NCBI GenBank assembly: GCA_010093605.1
Contig: MU004198.1
Span: 188,726 to 252,725, forward strand
Length of the DNA: 64,000 nt
Direction: 5' to 3'
From: Lophium mytilinum
Taxonomy: Eukaryota
The notes below the pieces were generated by a model, which worked only from the letters and a program-made list of their open reading frames with translations, did no database searches and was not told where the DNA came from. A program made the translations under genes and the position numbers. The first letter of the stretch is position 1. The number at the start of each line of letters is the position of its first letter. This document shows positions 24,536-38,358 of the stretch, piece after piece.

Positions 24536-27012
24536 GGACTCACCACTTGTGTTCTTTTTATTAAAGTAACGGCTCCTCGGGTTTCGGCAATATGGAAGGG
24601 GCGGGGCGGGAGGAACTCTTTCTCGTAATTCATCGCGGTTGCTAGGCGGTCTTCGATTCGATTGTGTCTGGAGATGGGGTGGTTGCGTGGGTAGGGAGGG
24701 GTGAGATGGGATGGGACGGGAGTGGGGTGGTAGCAGTGGTGTTCTGTGTGTAGTGTGTGTAGTAAAGGATGTTCTGCTCTAATCATGTTGAGGTGTGCGT
24801 GCTGTGTTTGAGACCATGATATTATCGAAACTAACTCGGGCTTCAATTAATGTTGCCAGGCTACTTACTACCGTACGCTTCTACAGTAATAGTAGCTTAT
24901 TAGGTTCACCCTCCTTTGAGCACCTCAGTGAAGAGTCGGGACTGTGATAAGGACATCTCGCAATTTAAGCTCATGGATACGAGCAACACTCGGACGGCAC
25001 GATGATGATTGAACGCATCATGATATCTGGCTATCTCTAGCTAACTATCTCACATCACTAAAAAAAAGAAACATATGTTCAAGCGTCTCTGCCGACGAAT
25101 TTGCCAGCTCCTCGACGCATAAGCGAGGCACCCACAGGACCCCAAGCTCACGATTTACATCACCAAAAAAGGTGAGATTTCGGCGCACTGACCTACAAGG
25201 CCATGCCTATCTACGTTTGCAGCAACAACGAACGGACCAAGGTTTCTTCATTTCAGGTATGTTTTAATCGTACCGCTTAGCTTTGTATGTGGTGGAAGTT
25301 TCCAATTCAGATTCTAGGAATGGGACGGCTAAGAATGACCGAGGGTGTAGAAAGCTTTGGTCGCTGGAGTTTCGCTTTTGTGTGCTGGTGAGCCTGACTC
25401 CTGGAAGTGTGAGGCTTCACGGGGAGAGCGTGAGGCGCGTCATTGTGCAGGGACGGGGTCATGTGGATGAGGGTATGCAATACATGGAGAGGTTTAAGCG
25501 CTGTTAGGGGTTCTGTTGGGGAGTTGGGGGGGAAGAAAAGAGAGAAAGATGGCACAATGGGGAAATTCAGTGTGCGGCTTGGTTTGGTAGCATGGCTGGG
25601 GATGAACGGATAGGCAGGGGCATTGGGGCATTAGTTTAACACTTTGCATAATGTGGATGTCGAGGTATTGCTTTGGGATTATGGAGGTCAGGTGTTTATG
25701 CTCTACATGGATATCTTCTGTACTATGGAGGGGATAGAGACGTTTGATCCTCGGGGAGACGGTGGGAGCGCCTTTCCAACAGCACCTCACGTAGCGAGCA
25801 CGCCACAATGGGCACAGTAACTTCTCCCGCTTCAGCTAAGCGGCCTGTTGGACTGTTCATGCACCTGCATCGCTGACGCCCCCTCAGCACTCTCACGACA
25901 CACTCCTAGCCCCAACTTCCACGCCTCTGACTGGCTGCCGAGTCCGCGGCCGACATGCTACCTACCTGCGGCGGCATAAGCCAGAGTCTCACCGTATGTG
26001 CGTGCCGGCTGCTAGCTCCAGCGGCAGTCAGTGACGTACTGACGTCGTTGTGGGGAGTGGGGCTGGGCGGGGACGTGTGCAGCCTCTGGATTCTGTGCGT
26101 AGCCGCTGCTTTGGGAGGTAGAGATGCAAGATGGGATTTAGGATTTCACGATGTAGAGGGACTTTCTGAGAGGTACAGAGGCTCTGGGCGAGGGAGGGGT
26201 CGAGAGAGGCTCAACCAGCAGCCGCCTCCCCTTCGGCGGCCGCTTGCTGGTAGCCCATGTCGATCAAGGGACTGCCTGGCCCAGCGAGAGGCGAGAAAGT
26301 CGACGGGGCATCGAAATCGATGCCGGATCGCCATCGGAAAGGGTCGATGGCATTCTGGCCGCTGCTTGACCCGCTGAGGTGCCGTGTACCCAGCTCAGTC
26401 CCTGAGAAGGCATTGAGGGGTCGGAGGCAGGCGGCTGGGTTAGTATCCCACGGCACGAAGTCAAAGTCCCGTAGGTACTCGGGACAGGTTGAGGAAGTTG
26501 GTTGAGCCTCCGATTAAGGGCTGCTGCGCCTCTTTCCCGCGGAAAGTTCACTGATCGGGGGTTTTGACTACCATCGTCCTTGGGCCTTGCTCGTGTAAGT
26601 AGCAATGTGCCCCTCCGTTGCATAGTGGGGCGAGGCTAGAGAAAGCTGAGCCATTGTGCCGCCGTTGACGTCGGAGAGCGTTGTACCCTGTACTTTCGTG
26701 CCCGTAGGCCAATAGGAGGGGGATGTTGGAGCACCGGGTGCAAAAGAACCCAGGCGCTGCGTGCGACTAGGCTGTCAACACAGAAGGCCAGAGTTCACGA
26801 TAAGGGATTTTGCGGTCTACGGCTGGTAGAGGGGCTTGGGGGGAGGGATTGTGTCATAAAGGCGGAGTGAGAAGGGCGTTGGGGTATAAAAAGTGGGCGC
26901 CCGTGTAGTGAGGTGGTTACTTTATATCGTGAACTGTCTATCTCCTCTCAGTTTTCTCGCACACTATTACCTGAGCCATTTGACGCTGCTACTACACGCA
27001 AAACTACGAATC

Positions 27013-28092
27013 ATGTCACCATCAGCTACCGCGGAGACTGTCCAGTGGAGGGAGAGCCTCAAGGTTCCGAAGCCCTCGATGCGACCGACCTTGGGACGAC
27101 ATGATTCTTTGGCTATGAACACCAAGCGGAAGATCATCTGCTTCTCAGGTACGCGAATGCAATTTGTCGATCCCGTCTCTACCTCGCTGCTTGCTACGAA
27201 TCAGTGCTGACGAACCCCCTCAGATTTTGACGGCACCATTTTCATGCAAGACACTGGCCATATTCTCTTCAACAACTTCGGTTGTGGCAACGACCGCCGC
27301 GAGATCCTCGACCAACAAATACACAGCGGCGAGCGCTCGTTCAAGGACGTGTCAGAGGAGATGTGGGGCTCGCTCGACGTCCCCTTCGACGACGGCTTCG
27401 AAGTGATGAAGGGCGCGCTCGAGATCGACCCGGACTTCCAAACCTTCCACCAGTTCTGCCTCGACAACAACATCCCCTTCAACGTTATCTCCGCTGGCCT
27501 AAAGCCCGTCCTCCGCCGAGTGCTCGACCACTTCCTAGGCGAGGAGGCCTCCTCCAACATCGAAATCGTCGCCAACGACGCCACCATCTCGTCTGACGGC
27601 AGCCAATGGAAGCCCGTCTGGCTCCACGACACCGAGCTCGGCCACGACAAGGCGCAGTCCATCAACGACTACCGGACGGGCGCCAAGCTCGAGAGCGACG
27701 ACGGCACCATCCCCATGATCGTCTTCATCGGCGACGGCGTGTCGGACCTCCCCGCCGCGCGCGAGGCGGACGTGCTCTTCGCTCGTCGTGGGCTCCGGCT
27801 CGAGGAGTACTGCATCGAGAACAAGCTGGCGTACATCCCGTTCGATACGTTCGCAGATATCCAGGTTGAGGTTACCAAGATCGCGAAGGTGGATGATGAG
27901 AAGACGCATGGCAAGGGCCTGCCGTCGAACTTCAACCCGCGGGCGAACATGTGGCGCCGCATGTCGAGCAAGACGAATGTGCCGATGATTGCGGCTATGA
28001 CGCCGAGAGAGGAGAGGATGAGCTTGTGGCCGGATACGTTCTCGGAGCTTACGACTCTGAAGGAGAATACTCTTGTAGCTCCGGCTGCTTGA
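27013..28092 (+). CDS. HAD-superfamily phosphatase (MtnX/Pyp1-like); intron 27149-27223
   Basis: Splicing gives motif I FSDFDGT. Also VISAG, GHDK and FIGDGVSD. TATAAAA at about 26885. Confidence 0.9.
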
Positions 28093-29387
28093 GTCTCCTA
28101 TCTATCAGTCTTAGACATAGACGGTGGTATCGACTCTACCGGTTTTGATTTCTTCTTTCTTTCTTCTAGGTCATTTCTCCTTGGTATGGAAAGGCAGGCG
28201 TTTGGCAGCGGCATGGACTGGCGTTGAAATATGAAGTCCGGCTGATATCCTCAACCATGGTTCGATGGTGGGGATTCCGTCGTGGGGGCGTACCATTCTT
28301 CGAGGTACCGAACACCAGATACTATCAGATATAGAATAGCATCCAACGGCATCTAGACGTTCTCACCACCTGTTTTCTTCGCGTCTGAATGGCGGAAGCC
28401 ATCTACTCTCTATCTGGACCTTGCTTGTGCAGCTCCAGCGCCGAGGCACGCCCGTTTGTGTTGCCTCTTGCGGCTTAGGAGTACCTTCACATATGGACGG
28501 CTGCGGCATTTTGGGGTGCTTGTGCCCGACCGCCTCACATTCTTCGCGAATGAATGTCGCCCTAGCCAGCTCGAAGACGTGCTTTGTACGCCGTATGTTG
28601 TAGGAGAGACGGAGGGCTGGATCATGCAGGCTGATCTCTCCTCGCTGTGGCTTGACGACAACCCTGCGAGCGATCAGTGCTTCAGGGCTGCGAAGGGGAG
28701 GTGGCACTCCATCGTTTCAGGCCAGATATCAGCGAGACCCAGAACCCAGGCTTTCGAGCGGTGCTGCATCAGCTCCCTGCTATTATTAACCTCGCAACGG
28801 GCCACATATCTGCGCATTTCCTCCTTCCGTGCCTCCCGCGAACAAAGGCTCTACAAGAATCGGAAAACCCCCCAATCACTGAATTCTCTGCCCTCAGCCC
28901 AAAGCCACCCGTGTTGAAAACAGCCCCAATTCGTGTCAGTGTGCTTCCGCAGCCCCAAGCTCCTGCGCAATTAGCCCCTTCGTGTATGGTACTTATATTC
29001 ATCGAGTCTGCGCCAAACATTCTTGGAATCCCCAGCTCTGCTGCACTGCCGCATGCCTGGCTGCATACACAGCTTACCTACTTACTGCTCTTTCACTGCG
29101 CTCCCCGCTGCGGATCCAGACCCCACCTCCCTCGAACTTAACCTCCATACTTAATTCCGGACGCTCCTAGCAGCCGCTCCCGAGACCAATTGTACGCCTT
29201 GCGGGCCGCAGGACAAGCCGCTGTTTCTTGAAGCTGAAGCTCTGACACCCGATGCCCGCCGCATGCGATTGACTCGACCTCTAAGTGGACAGGAATACAA
29301 GTTTCCCGTTGCCCAGGCGCAGCTCGCTTCAGTTCTTGGAAGGGTAGGGTGTGTGTCCTGCAGCTAGATCTTCTCGTATAAACCGCC

Positions 29388-32300
29388 ATGCCGCGACCGA
29401 CCCTTTCCACCAGACTCAGTTTCCCCGCCAGACTCAAGCACGCCAACGCGTCCAACCCTCCCAGTCTCCCCGGCAGCCGCAGCAGCAGCCCCAAGCGCGG
29501 CATGACGGATCCCAAGAGCAACGGCCTCGTGCTGCGGGCGAATGTCATCAAGGTGCGTTGTTGTTCCCAGGTTGAACACGGCCCTGCAACTGCAGGAAAC
29601 TACCCCGCGAAGCCCTCATTGCGAGCTGACGAACGCTTTCACAGGGCCGAAATCTAGCAGCGAAAGATAGGAGCGGGACAAGTGACCCTGTAGGTTCCCA
29701 TTCTATAACCTACTCGGAAGCAGCGGAGAGAGGGCAACAAGGCTACGTCATGCATCGTGGCCTGGGGCTAACAGACAGCGACAGTATCTAGTCCTCACCG
29801 TTGGCGATGCGAAGCAAGCGACCCCCTCGATCAGCAAGACGCTTAACCCGGAATGGAACCAGACGCTCGACCTGCCCGTCGCCGGCGTGCAGAGCCTCCT
29901 CCTCGAGGCCTGCTGCTGGGACAAGGACCGTTTTGGCAAGGACTACATGGGCGAGTTCGATGTGGCGTTGGAGGATATATTCACGAACGGACAAGCTAGT
30001 CAGGAGGTGGGTTCGGGCAATGCTCTTTACGGGTGGGAGAGCGGTCACTGACTGTGTGCAGCCGAAGTGGTATCCGCTCGAGTCGAGGCGCACGGGCAAG
30101 AAGAAGAGCGTGGTTACGGGCGAGGTGCTGCTGCAATTTTCGCTCGTGGATACAAGCAATCCTTCTGCTACGCCTCAGCAGATTCTGGCTAAGTTTATGG
30201 CTATTGCGGGCACGAGCCCGAGCCCGGATGAGGAAGACGACGATTTGCTGCGTACGGATAGTGGGGAGTTGGAGGAGCAAGACGATGATGACCAAGAAGA
30301 TGCTTCTGACGAGCCACAGGACGAGGTGAAGAAGGCGGAGAAGAGGCGCAAGAAGCTACGACTTGCGAGGTTGAAGAGAAAGGCGAAGCAGAGGGGTTAC
30401 GAGTTCACTGGTAACTCGGAGGTCGCGGGCGTGCTCTTCCTCGAGATCACAAAGATCACCGACTTGCCCCCTGAGCGGAACAGTAAGTATCAATTACCTG
30501 TTGACTTCCCGGCATTTCCTGATCCTTGATGGCAGTGACGCGGACCTCATTCGATATGGACCCCTTTGTGGTTACATCTTTGGGCAAGAAGACGTACCGT
30601 ACGAAAGTCATAAACCACAACCTTAACCCCGTGTATGAGGAGAAGCTGGTTTTCCAGGTCATGCGGCACGAGACGAACTACTCCCTCAACTTCACTGTTG
30701 TAGATCGGGACAAGTTCTCTGGAAATGACTATATTGGCATGGTTAACTTCCCGCTGGACAAGATCACTTCAGTTTCTCCTGAGGCTGATCCGGCCACTGG
30801 CTTGTACAAACTGCCCGAACCGCACGACCTCGAATCGCCTCATCTCCCTGAAGCTAGGAGGTCCCGATTCCGCCTGCCCATGTCTCGATCTTCTTCTTCC
30901 AACAGCCTGACGAAAATTGGGAAGCCAGGATTGAGGAAGGAGAACTCTTCAAACTCGCTGTCGCTCAACCTCAAAGACCAGAGCACAACACTGCTACCTC
31001 CTCCGCCAACCAGTGCCCCTTCTACTCCGGGTGTCGACGCGAATGGCAATGGTATCCTGGGCGCAAATTCTATCAATGTGGACCCACACTTGGTAGACGA
31101 TCAAGATCTCAAGTCCTGGAACATGCCCTTGGAGATGAAAAATAAAGACAGATGGGAAGCGAAGCACAACCCCACCATCTATATCCGAGCCAAATACCTG
31201 CCCTACAAGGCTCTCCGACAGCAATTTTGGCGAGCTATGCTAAAGCAATACGATGCGGATGACAGTGGGTGGATCGACAAAGTTGAACTGACGACTATGC
31301 TGGACACACTGGGCTCCACCCTGCATGAAGCGACCATCGACGGGTTCTTCGCCAGATTTGCTCAAGAAAACAACAACGAGGGGCTTCTGACTTTTGATCA
31401 GACTGTCATTTGTCTCGAAGACCAATTGCAGAACACGAAGCAGCGCACGTGGGGCTCGGCTATAAAGGGCCAGTTCAACCACCTTACTGCCAGCATTGAT
31501 ACCCAAGGCTCTACAGAACAGAGTGAAACCCCTAGCTTGACTCCTGGCTCTATCACTCCTGCTGCAACTTCCGGTAGCGGGACACCTATTAACTTTCAGA
31601 GCCAGAGCACTCTTATTCCAGCCCAGTCTCAAGAAAAGCTTGGAGCTGCTGGTGAAGAGGGCGACACTCTTGACGCTCACGACGACTTGGCCGATGACAA
31701 CGGTGAGGAGCACGTTATTGAGATCCGGGAGTGCCCCATCTGTCACCAACCTCGCCTCAACAAGAAGTCAGATGCTGATATAATTACCCATGTTGCGACC
31801 TGTGCTAGCCAGGATTGGCGACAGGTTAACAACATCGTCATGGCTGGGTTCGTCACCTCTAGCCAAGCTCAGCGCAAATGGTACACCAAGGTCGTTCATA
31901 AGATCTCATATGGTGGTTACAAACTTGGCGCGAATTCAGCGAATATTTTGGTCCAGGATCGCATGACTGGGCAGATCAATGAGGAACGCATGAGTATCTA
32001 TGTGAGACTGGGGATTCGGTTGCTCTACAAGGGGCTTAAGGCGAACAATATGGAAAAGAAACGAAGTAAGTGCCCTCTGAAAATACACTGACAATCTCGT
32101 TTGCTAGACTAGGAAGCCGACTAACAGTTTCGCAGTTCGCAAGCTCCTCCGATCCCTCAGCTTCAAGCAGGGCGCTAAGTACGACGACCCGGCCTCCGCC
32201 GCTGAGATCGATGGCTTCATCAACTTCCATCAACTGGATATGTCAGAAGTCCTGCTCCCTGCTAAGAGTTTCAAGAACTTCAACGAGTTCTTCTACCGCG

Positions 32301-33121
32301 CTCTCAAGCCTGACGCTCGACCGTGCTCAGCGCCTGACGACCCAAGGGTCATCACCTCGCCTGCAGACTGCCGCTCCGTCGTCTTCAACCGCATGGACGA
32401 GGCGCAGACTATCTGGGTCAAGGGCCGCGAGTTCAGCGTCGAGCGGCTGCTTGGAAGCGCTTACCCTGAAGACGCAAAGCGCTACCACGGCGGCTCCCTG
32501 GGGATCTTCCGTCTCGCGCCCCAGGACTACCACCGCTTCCATATCCCGGTCGACGGTGTGATGGGAGAACCAAAGCTTATCGAAGGCGAGTACTATACTG
32601 TCAACCCCATGGCAATCCGCTCAGCGCTTGATGTGTACGGCGAGAATATTAGAGTCGTTGTGCCAATCGACTCGGAGGCGCATGGGAGGGTTACTGTCAT
32701 CTGTGTAGGTGCGATGATGGTGGGTAGTACTGTCATCACCCGGAAAACGGGAGAGAAGGTTAAGAGGGCTGAGGAGCTGGGGTATTTCAAGTTTGGCGGG
32801 AGTACTCTCCTGCTCCTCTTTGAGCCTGGCGTCATGAAGTTTGATGACGACTTGGTGGATAACTCGAGATCTGCTTTGGAGACTTTGGTAAGTCTTATCC
32901 CATATTCTCCTCTTTTTGGATGGGATAGAGCTAACGACGTTGTTTTCTAGGTCCGTGTTGGCATGTCTATCGGCCACAGCCCCGAACGCGCCGCCCACTC
33001 CCCAGATCAGCGGAAAGAAAACCCGACTCTGGAGGAGAAGCAGGACGCCAAGCGTCGTATTGAAGGCAGCATGGCGCCGCTTACTGATCAGGGCCCGATG
33101 CCGGGTGCTGGGCTATCATAG
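29388..33121 (+). CDS. PSD2: phosphatidylserine decarboxylase 2 (C2-C2-EF hand-PSD), 7 exons
   Basis: C2 motifs GRNLAAKDRSGTSDPY and DMDPFVV, EF-hand DADDSGWIDKVE, then FNEFFYR, RLAPQDYHRFH and the FGGST self-cleavage motif. Confidence 0.96.
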
Positions 33122-34161
33122 ACCACCACCACGCTCACATTCATGTGGCTATCGAGGATTTGGCTGGGCTGGCATGGCGATGCGTTGAATGACTAAAAGT
33201 TATTGGCTAGATTTCTACGATTCGATGAGAGATGATTTGGTAGCGAACATGATGGAAAGGACCCCTTCTGCAAGTGTTGCTGTGGGTGTGGGAGTGAGTG
33301 CTTTATGCGATGTAGGCGCGTGAGCGGTGATTCTTCATAAGGGATGCACTTGTGTTACGTACACGAATGATACGGTTTGCTCCCGGTGTAGAATCCGTTC
33401 TGATCTGGAAACTCTCTTGTTGAAAGTGCACACAATCTTTCGTGCTGTAGTTGTAGGAAACGTCACGTGACCAACTCCTCGCATTTCATTACAACATAGC
33501 GTCAGGATAGCTGGACATAGATCTGATCAACTATATCTCTCCTTCTGGATTGAAATCTTTCCTTACTACAGAGCTGAGCAATGTTCTGCTTATGAATAAT
33601 TGATAGGCGGCTGCTTGCATTCACTTCCGAGGCTTAGGTACGAGACAACATCAAAGCTTCAATTGCTTTCCACGGCCCCGGGGCATTTTGTTCGTCCTAA
33701 ATCACCCACCGTTTACCACCTCACTTTGGTCCCACCTTCCATCTATCAGTATTGCGGCCTCACTTTGCTGCTCACATCAGAGTGGGTGTGTCTTTCGAAC
33801 AGCCTCGTGACGCCGATCGATAGCGCACCACGCCGCCAAGCCGCTAAATCCAATGTTTTGATTCCCACCCACCGCGCCCCAAACCACCACGGGCAAGCCA
33901 GACCCAGCACCACCACCCCTCAACACCCCCAGCAGCCTTCCCGCGCGACGCACCCAGCGAGCACCACGATATTCGCATTACCAGCAAACAACCCCCAATC
34001 TTTACGAAGCCAGCTAGCAAAACACGCCTCCCAACTCACTTAACCCCGACACTCCACCCATCGCGAAACTTCAACCCAAACTCGGCTACGGCACCCGATC
34101 GACCCTCCCCGACGCGCCCTGCACTGCACACACCACACGGGCTGAGGGGGATAGTGTGCCA

Positions 34162-36132
34162 ATGCATGCACTACTGTCGCGCTCGCCTCTGCAGACATTG
34201 AGCATGGCGTCGACGCAGCAGCGGACGACGACGACGACGCGCCGGCGCAGCGCGAGGCACGCTTTTGAGGAGGAGGGCGAGGCGGCGCCGGCCGTGAAGC
34301 GGACAAAAACGGAGGTCAATGGAAACGCGAGTAGGGCAGTGCCGAAGAAGACGACGGTAGCGAAGACAGTGTACGAGGAGGCCGATGATGATTTTGTGTT
34401 CTCGCGCGGCGCGAGGGGGCGGAAGGGGAAGGCGAAGGCGAAAGTGGTGGAGCCCGCTCCGGCTGAGAGGACAACGGAGACGGTGGTTGAGAAGGCGGTG
34501 CCGCTGCGAAGGAGGAAGAATGGGGTTGAGCCGGTGGCGCGTGAGGAACACAGAGAGGAGGTGGGGAAGAGACGAAGGTCCGCGAGGCTATCCGGGGAGA
34601 AAGAGGATGCGGGACACGAGCGACCGCGGCCGCAACATCAGCCTGAGCCGGTACGGGCGCCAAAACGCGTGAAGAAGGCGGCGGTGCCGGTAGAAAGGAA
34701 GACGCCGGTTGCAGAAGGGGACCGCATGGACCTGGTTGCGCGACGGACGCCGGTGGCGAATGAGCTACATGTCGAGAAAAGACGCGATGACGGGACGAAG
34801 ATTGCGTTGCCGTTTGCGGATACCCCGATCATTCGGCGGAATAAGGAGATGCGGAAGGGGAGTGGGCAGGGCCATCGGAGAAGCAGTACTGGGTTGCGTG
34901 GAAGAAGGGCAAGCTCGCTCATTGATAGCGGGCAATCGAATGGTGGGTCTACTCCAACTCCTGTGAGGGGTGGGGAGGTTGACAGTCATGGTTCTGCTGA
35001 AGAACACACTGATGAAACCCCCTGCCCCAAACGAACTCTTATGGGGAGCATGGTGGCTAATTGGAATTATACAGCTGTACCACACGCGCAAGTCGAACCC
35101 AGGGACTTCTACAAGCACATCGAGCAGAGTCTCCCAGAACCGAGGCGGATGAAGCAGCTGTTGACTTGGTGCGGGACAAGAGCATTGCCTGAGAAGCCGT
35201 CAGGAGATGTCAAGGACACCAATGCTATCATGGCTGGTACGTGGTAGTCCGACTGTCATAGCGGAAATGATGCTAATTGAGGGTATAGCACGTGCAATCC
35301 AACAGGAGCTCCTCGATGACTTTGCGAATAAGCCAGAGTTGTCAAATTGGTTCACTAGGGTTCGTACAATCCCAAATGTCCTTTTTGTGAAGACAGAAGG
35401 CTGACTTCAGGACAGGAAGACACAACACCCGTATCAATTGTCAAGAAACCTAACCCAACGAACATCGCAATGGCAAAACAGCTGAAAGAACTAGAAGAGG
35501 AGCTGGAAAGGTACGTTTCCAAAACCTCACCACATTCATAATTGAAAGTATATCTAACACCTTCCAGACTCGAAGAAGAAAAAGCCACCTGGGAAGCCCT
35601 CACAACCACCTCCCTCATACAACCCTCCACCTCCTCCCCGGCCATGCCACCACCCCCTCTCCCCTCAAAATCCCCGCGAAGGCCCAAGCTCCAACCACCA
35701 CAACCTCCCGCAGCGCCCCAAATCGACTCCTCCCTCCTCGACCCCTCTCAAGCCGCTATCCTCGCCGCGCTACACCCCGAGCTCCTCACCAGCGAGCCCT
35801 CATCCACTACCTCAACATCTTCAAACGCCCACCCCACACCCGCATCTACACTACCAACCTCAGACTTCACCTTCACCACCTCCACGGCCCTCCAGACCCG
35901 CCTCACCCAGCTCTCGCGCTCCCTCGAACCGACTATCGACACCTTCGCCGACGGCGTGCACAAGATCGAGCAGTACCGCCTCGCGGCCGAGCATGTGGCG
36001 GACCGCGTGCTGGGCGGCGCGGCGAAGGCGCTGGAGGAACGGGACCGTGCGGCGAAGGAGCGCGCGGGGACGGGCGGGGTGGCGGTTGTGGATGTGTTGA
36101 GTGCGCTTGGGGCGGTTTTGGGGGGGCGGTGA
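34162..36132 (+). CDS. DSN1: kinetochore MIS12/MIND complex subunit Dsn1/Mis13, 5 exons
   Basis: IALPFADTPIIRRNKEMR, RRSS.G.RGRRASSL and DFYKHI...LPEPRRMKQLLTWC. Introns at about 34943-35074, 35237-35289, 35360-35415 and 35511-35567. Confidence 0.88.
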
Positions 36133-36673
36133 TGCAATGATTAAGGAGACAGCGGGAAAGTGGAAATGGAGGGGGAGTGTGTGTTTTGTGTTTGTATGCA
36201 AGATGGAGATGATGAATCTTTTGATGAGCGTGGTTTGTGTGTATGTTGTTTGGGTGCTTGCGGTGTTATGAGAGATGAGGTTGGGATGGTGGGGTTTTGG
36301 GGTCTTTGATGGTGCTGGGGGGTTGGTGGGAGCCTTTTTTTTTGTTGTCTGTGATGTGGGATGCGAGCATGGAGGCGTTTGAGTGGCTACTTCTAGGAGG
36401 AGTATTTGAGCATTTGAGTCTGGCATAAGTGCAATGGAGAAGTATTGTTCTATCCGCGTCTTTCTTGGACAACTTTTGACACCCCTTCATGTTGGTCTTG
36501 AGTCTCGGCCCTATGAAAATCTTTAGACGCATCAGCATTTCTTTCCTGGGAAGATTGCAACTTTGAGGTCTGGATCTGGATCGTAAGCAAAAGATAGCGT
36601 GTTGCAGACTCGAAACTAGATCTGATTTTGATGTGAACATCATAGCGTTCCAAATTAGATCATTGACCAGAGC

Positions 36674-37160
36674 AAGATTACAATGTGGTGAGATGTGCTA
36701 ACAGGAGCCAGTCCGTGTAATTTAGAGCTAATCTTGCGGTACTATTGCTTGAAGTCCTGAATCAGACCTTGAAGGGATGTAGAAAGCACGAGGGGCTGAA
36801 TTAGACTATTATAATGAGGAAGATTTCAGTGCTGTAAGATGTATAAACGGGAGCCAGTCCGTGCGATCTGGGGTCGATTTGGGCATACTATTGCCAGGGG
36901 CTTTATATTAGATCGCGAATTCAGAGAAGAGTTGAGTACTGTGAGAGGTGGTAAGTGGAGCCAGTCCGTGCGATTTGGGGTCGATTTGGGTGTGGTATTG
37001 CAGGAGGCTCTGAAGTAGACCTGGAAGAGGTGTACGAGGCATGACAGGCTAAAACTGGATTGTGGGTTTGAGGAAGATTATAGTGTTGTGAGATGTGGTA
37101 ACGGGAGCCAGTCCGTGCGATTGACATCCGATGTTGGCATATTATTGCCAGGCGCGCTGG
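36674..37160. repeat. degenerate 4-unit tandem repeat with long/short/long/short organisation
   Basis: Invariant GGAGCCAGTCCGTG at 36704, 36850, 36957 and 37104 (spacings 146, 107, 147) inside a shared core of about 80 bp. Confidence 0.85.
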
Positions 37161-37520
37161 ATTAGGACGTGTTCTTCACTTCATTGACCGAGGATTCATA
37201 GGTCAGACCGGCGCCTGAGAATGTGTCTCGCTGGTACGTTACCTTTGTAGCCAGATGTTGTCTTGTGGTCTGGTATGGCCTGTCTTCATTCTCCATCTCT
37301 TCCAGCAGAATGTGTCCAGGTCCGGTGCTTTGCAATGGTGCTGAATTAATGTCCCATTCGCATCACCTCAAAGCATAGCTCATGACGCCAGGAATGGATT
37401 GTCTGATCTTTGTTACACAGAACGGTCTATTGGCACTCCGCTGTAATATACACTGCCTCCACGCTCCCAAGATCCCAATCGCATTCGTCCACTTCATATC
37501 GCCTGGTCGCTGCGACGCAT

Positions 37521-38091
37521 CTATTCCTCGGAATCGGCAAACTCCGCTCGGCCGGGCTTGGAGTTGAGGTACTCGTTCCTGCCATCCAGTAATTAGCATA
37601 TTATCTTTCTCGTATTTCCTGTCCTATATCGAGTGGTCTGAAGGTTCACCGCGTACCTCTCAATGGCCCACACCATCGTGGAGTACCCGATAATCAGCGG
37701 AGGCGCCCAGTACAGGATCTGGTAGCGCGTGCGGCGGGCGGTGTTGAAGATGGCAGTGTGGAAGGTGCCGGCAAGCGGACGCTGCTGGTTGGCAGAGAGA
37801 GCGTAGGTAGTGATGCCTTTCTGGGCGGGAGAGCCTAGATAGTGGTGCGCGTGAGTACGGGTTCGGTCGTTGTCGGATAGGATACTGGAGATCGAGGCGC
37901 TGGGAGCGGAGAGATGTACCTAGACTGCCCCACCATCCCATCCATCTACACGCAGAATGTGTTAGTGATGTTTCTGCCAGGCAATGGCTGATGCAAAACA
38001 GTAGGGTGGATTGGAAGTCTTTGACGTGTGTTTGCGGGCGGTATTGCGGGCGCACTCACTGGCCGGGGAGCTTTTCACCGCCGCCACCCAT
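37521..38091 (-). CDS. QCR8: cytochrome bc1 complex subunit 8; exons 38091-38060, 37945-37920, 37834-37657, 37578-37521
   Basis: Spliced product [54 protein letters not shown]...NEYLNSKPGR. It appears only as fragments in the ORF track. Confidence 0.93.
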
Positions 38092-38358
38092 GATGTCGGT
38101 TTCTCTTGGATGAGGTTTGGGGAATTGGATAAGTGGAGAGGGCGGCGAGCGTGGTGTGGTGTCGCGACGAGTTGCGGGAAGATGGAGTCGTCGGATGAAG
38201 CTCAGAGCAAGAACGACGTCGAGGCGAAAAACACGTGACGTTGAAGCTTGCCGAAAAGAGAGCAGTGATGAACCGTCGACTTTTCCCCAGCTCATCGAAA
38301 ACACCACCAGTCAAGCCACCCCTCCTTCCCCCGACACTCTACCTGCTCGACTCTCAAG

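Noticed and set aside
33462..33471. Palindromic GTCACGTGAC (also ATCACGTGAT at about 55196)
   Set aside because: Plausible bHLH sites, but isolated motifs cannot be supported without conservation data.
36674..37160. CRISPR-like array
   Set aside because: Eukaryotic context, the spacers are homologous to one another, and there are no cas genes.
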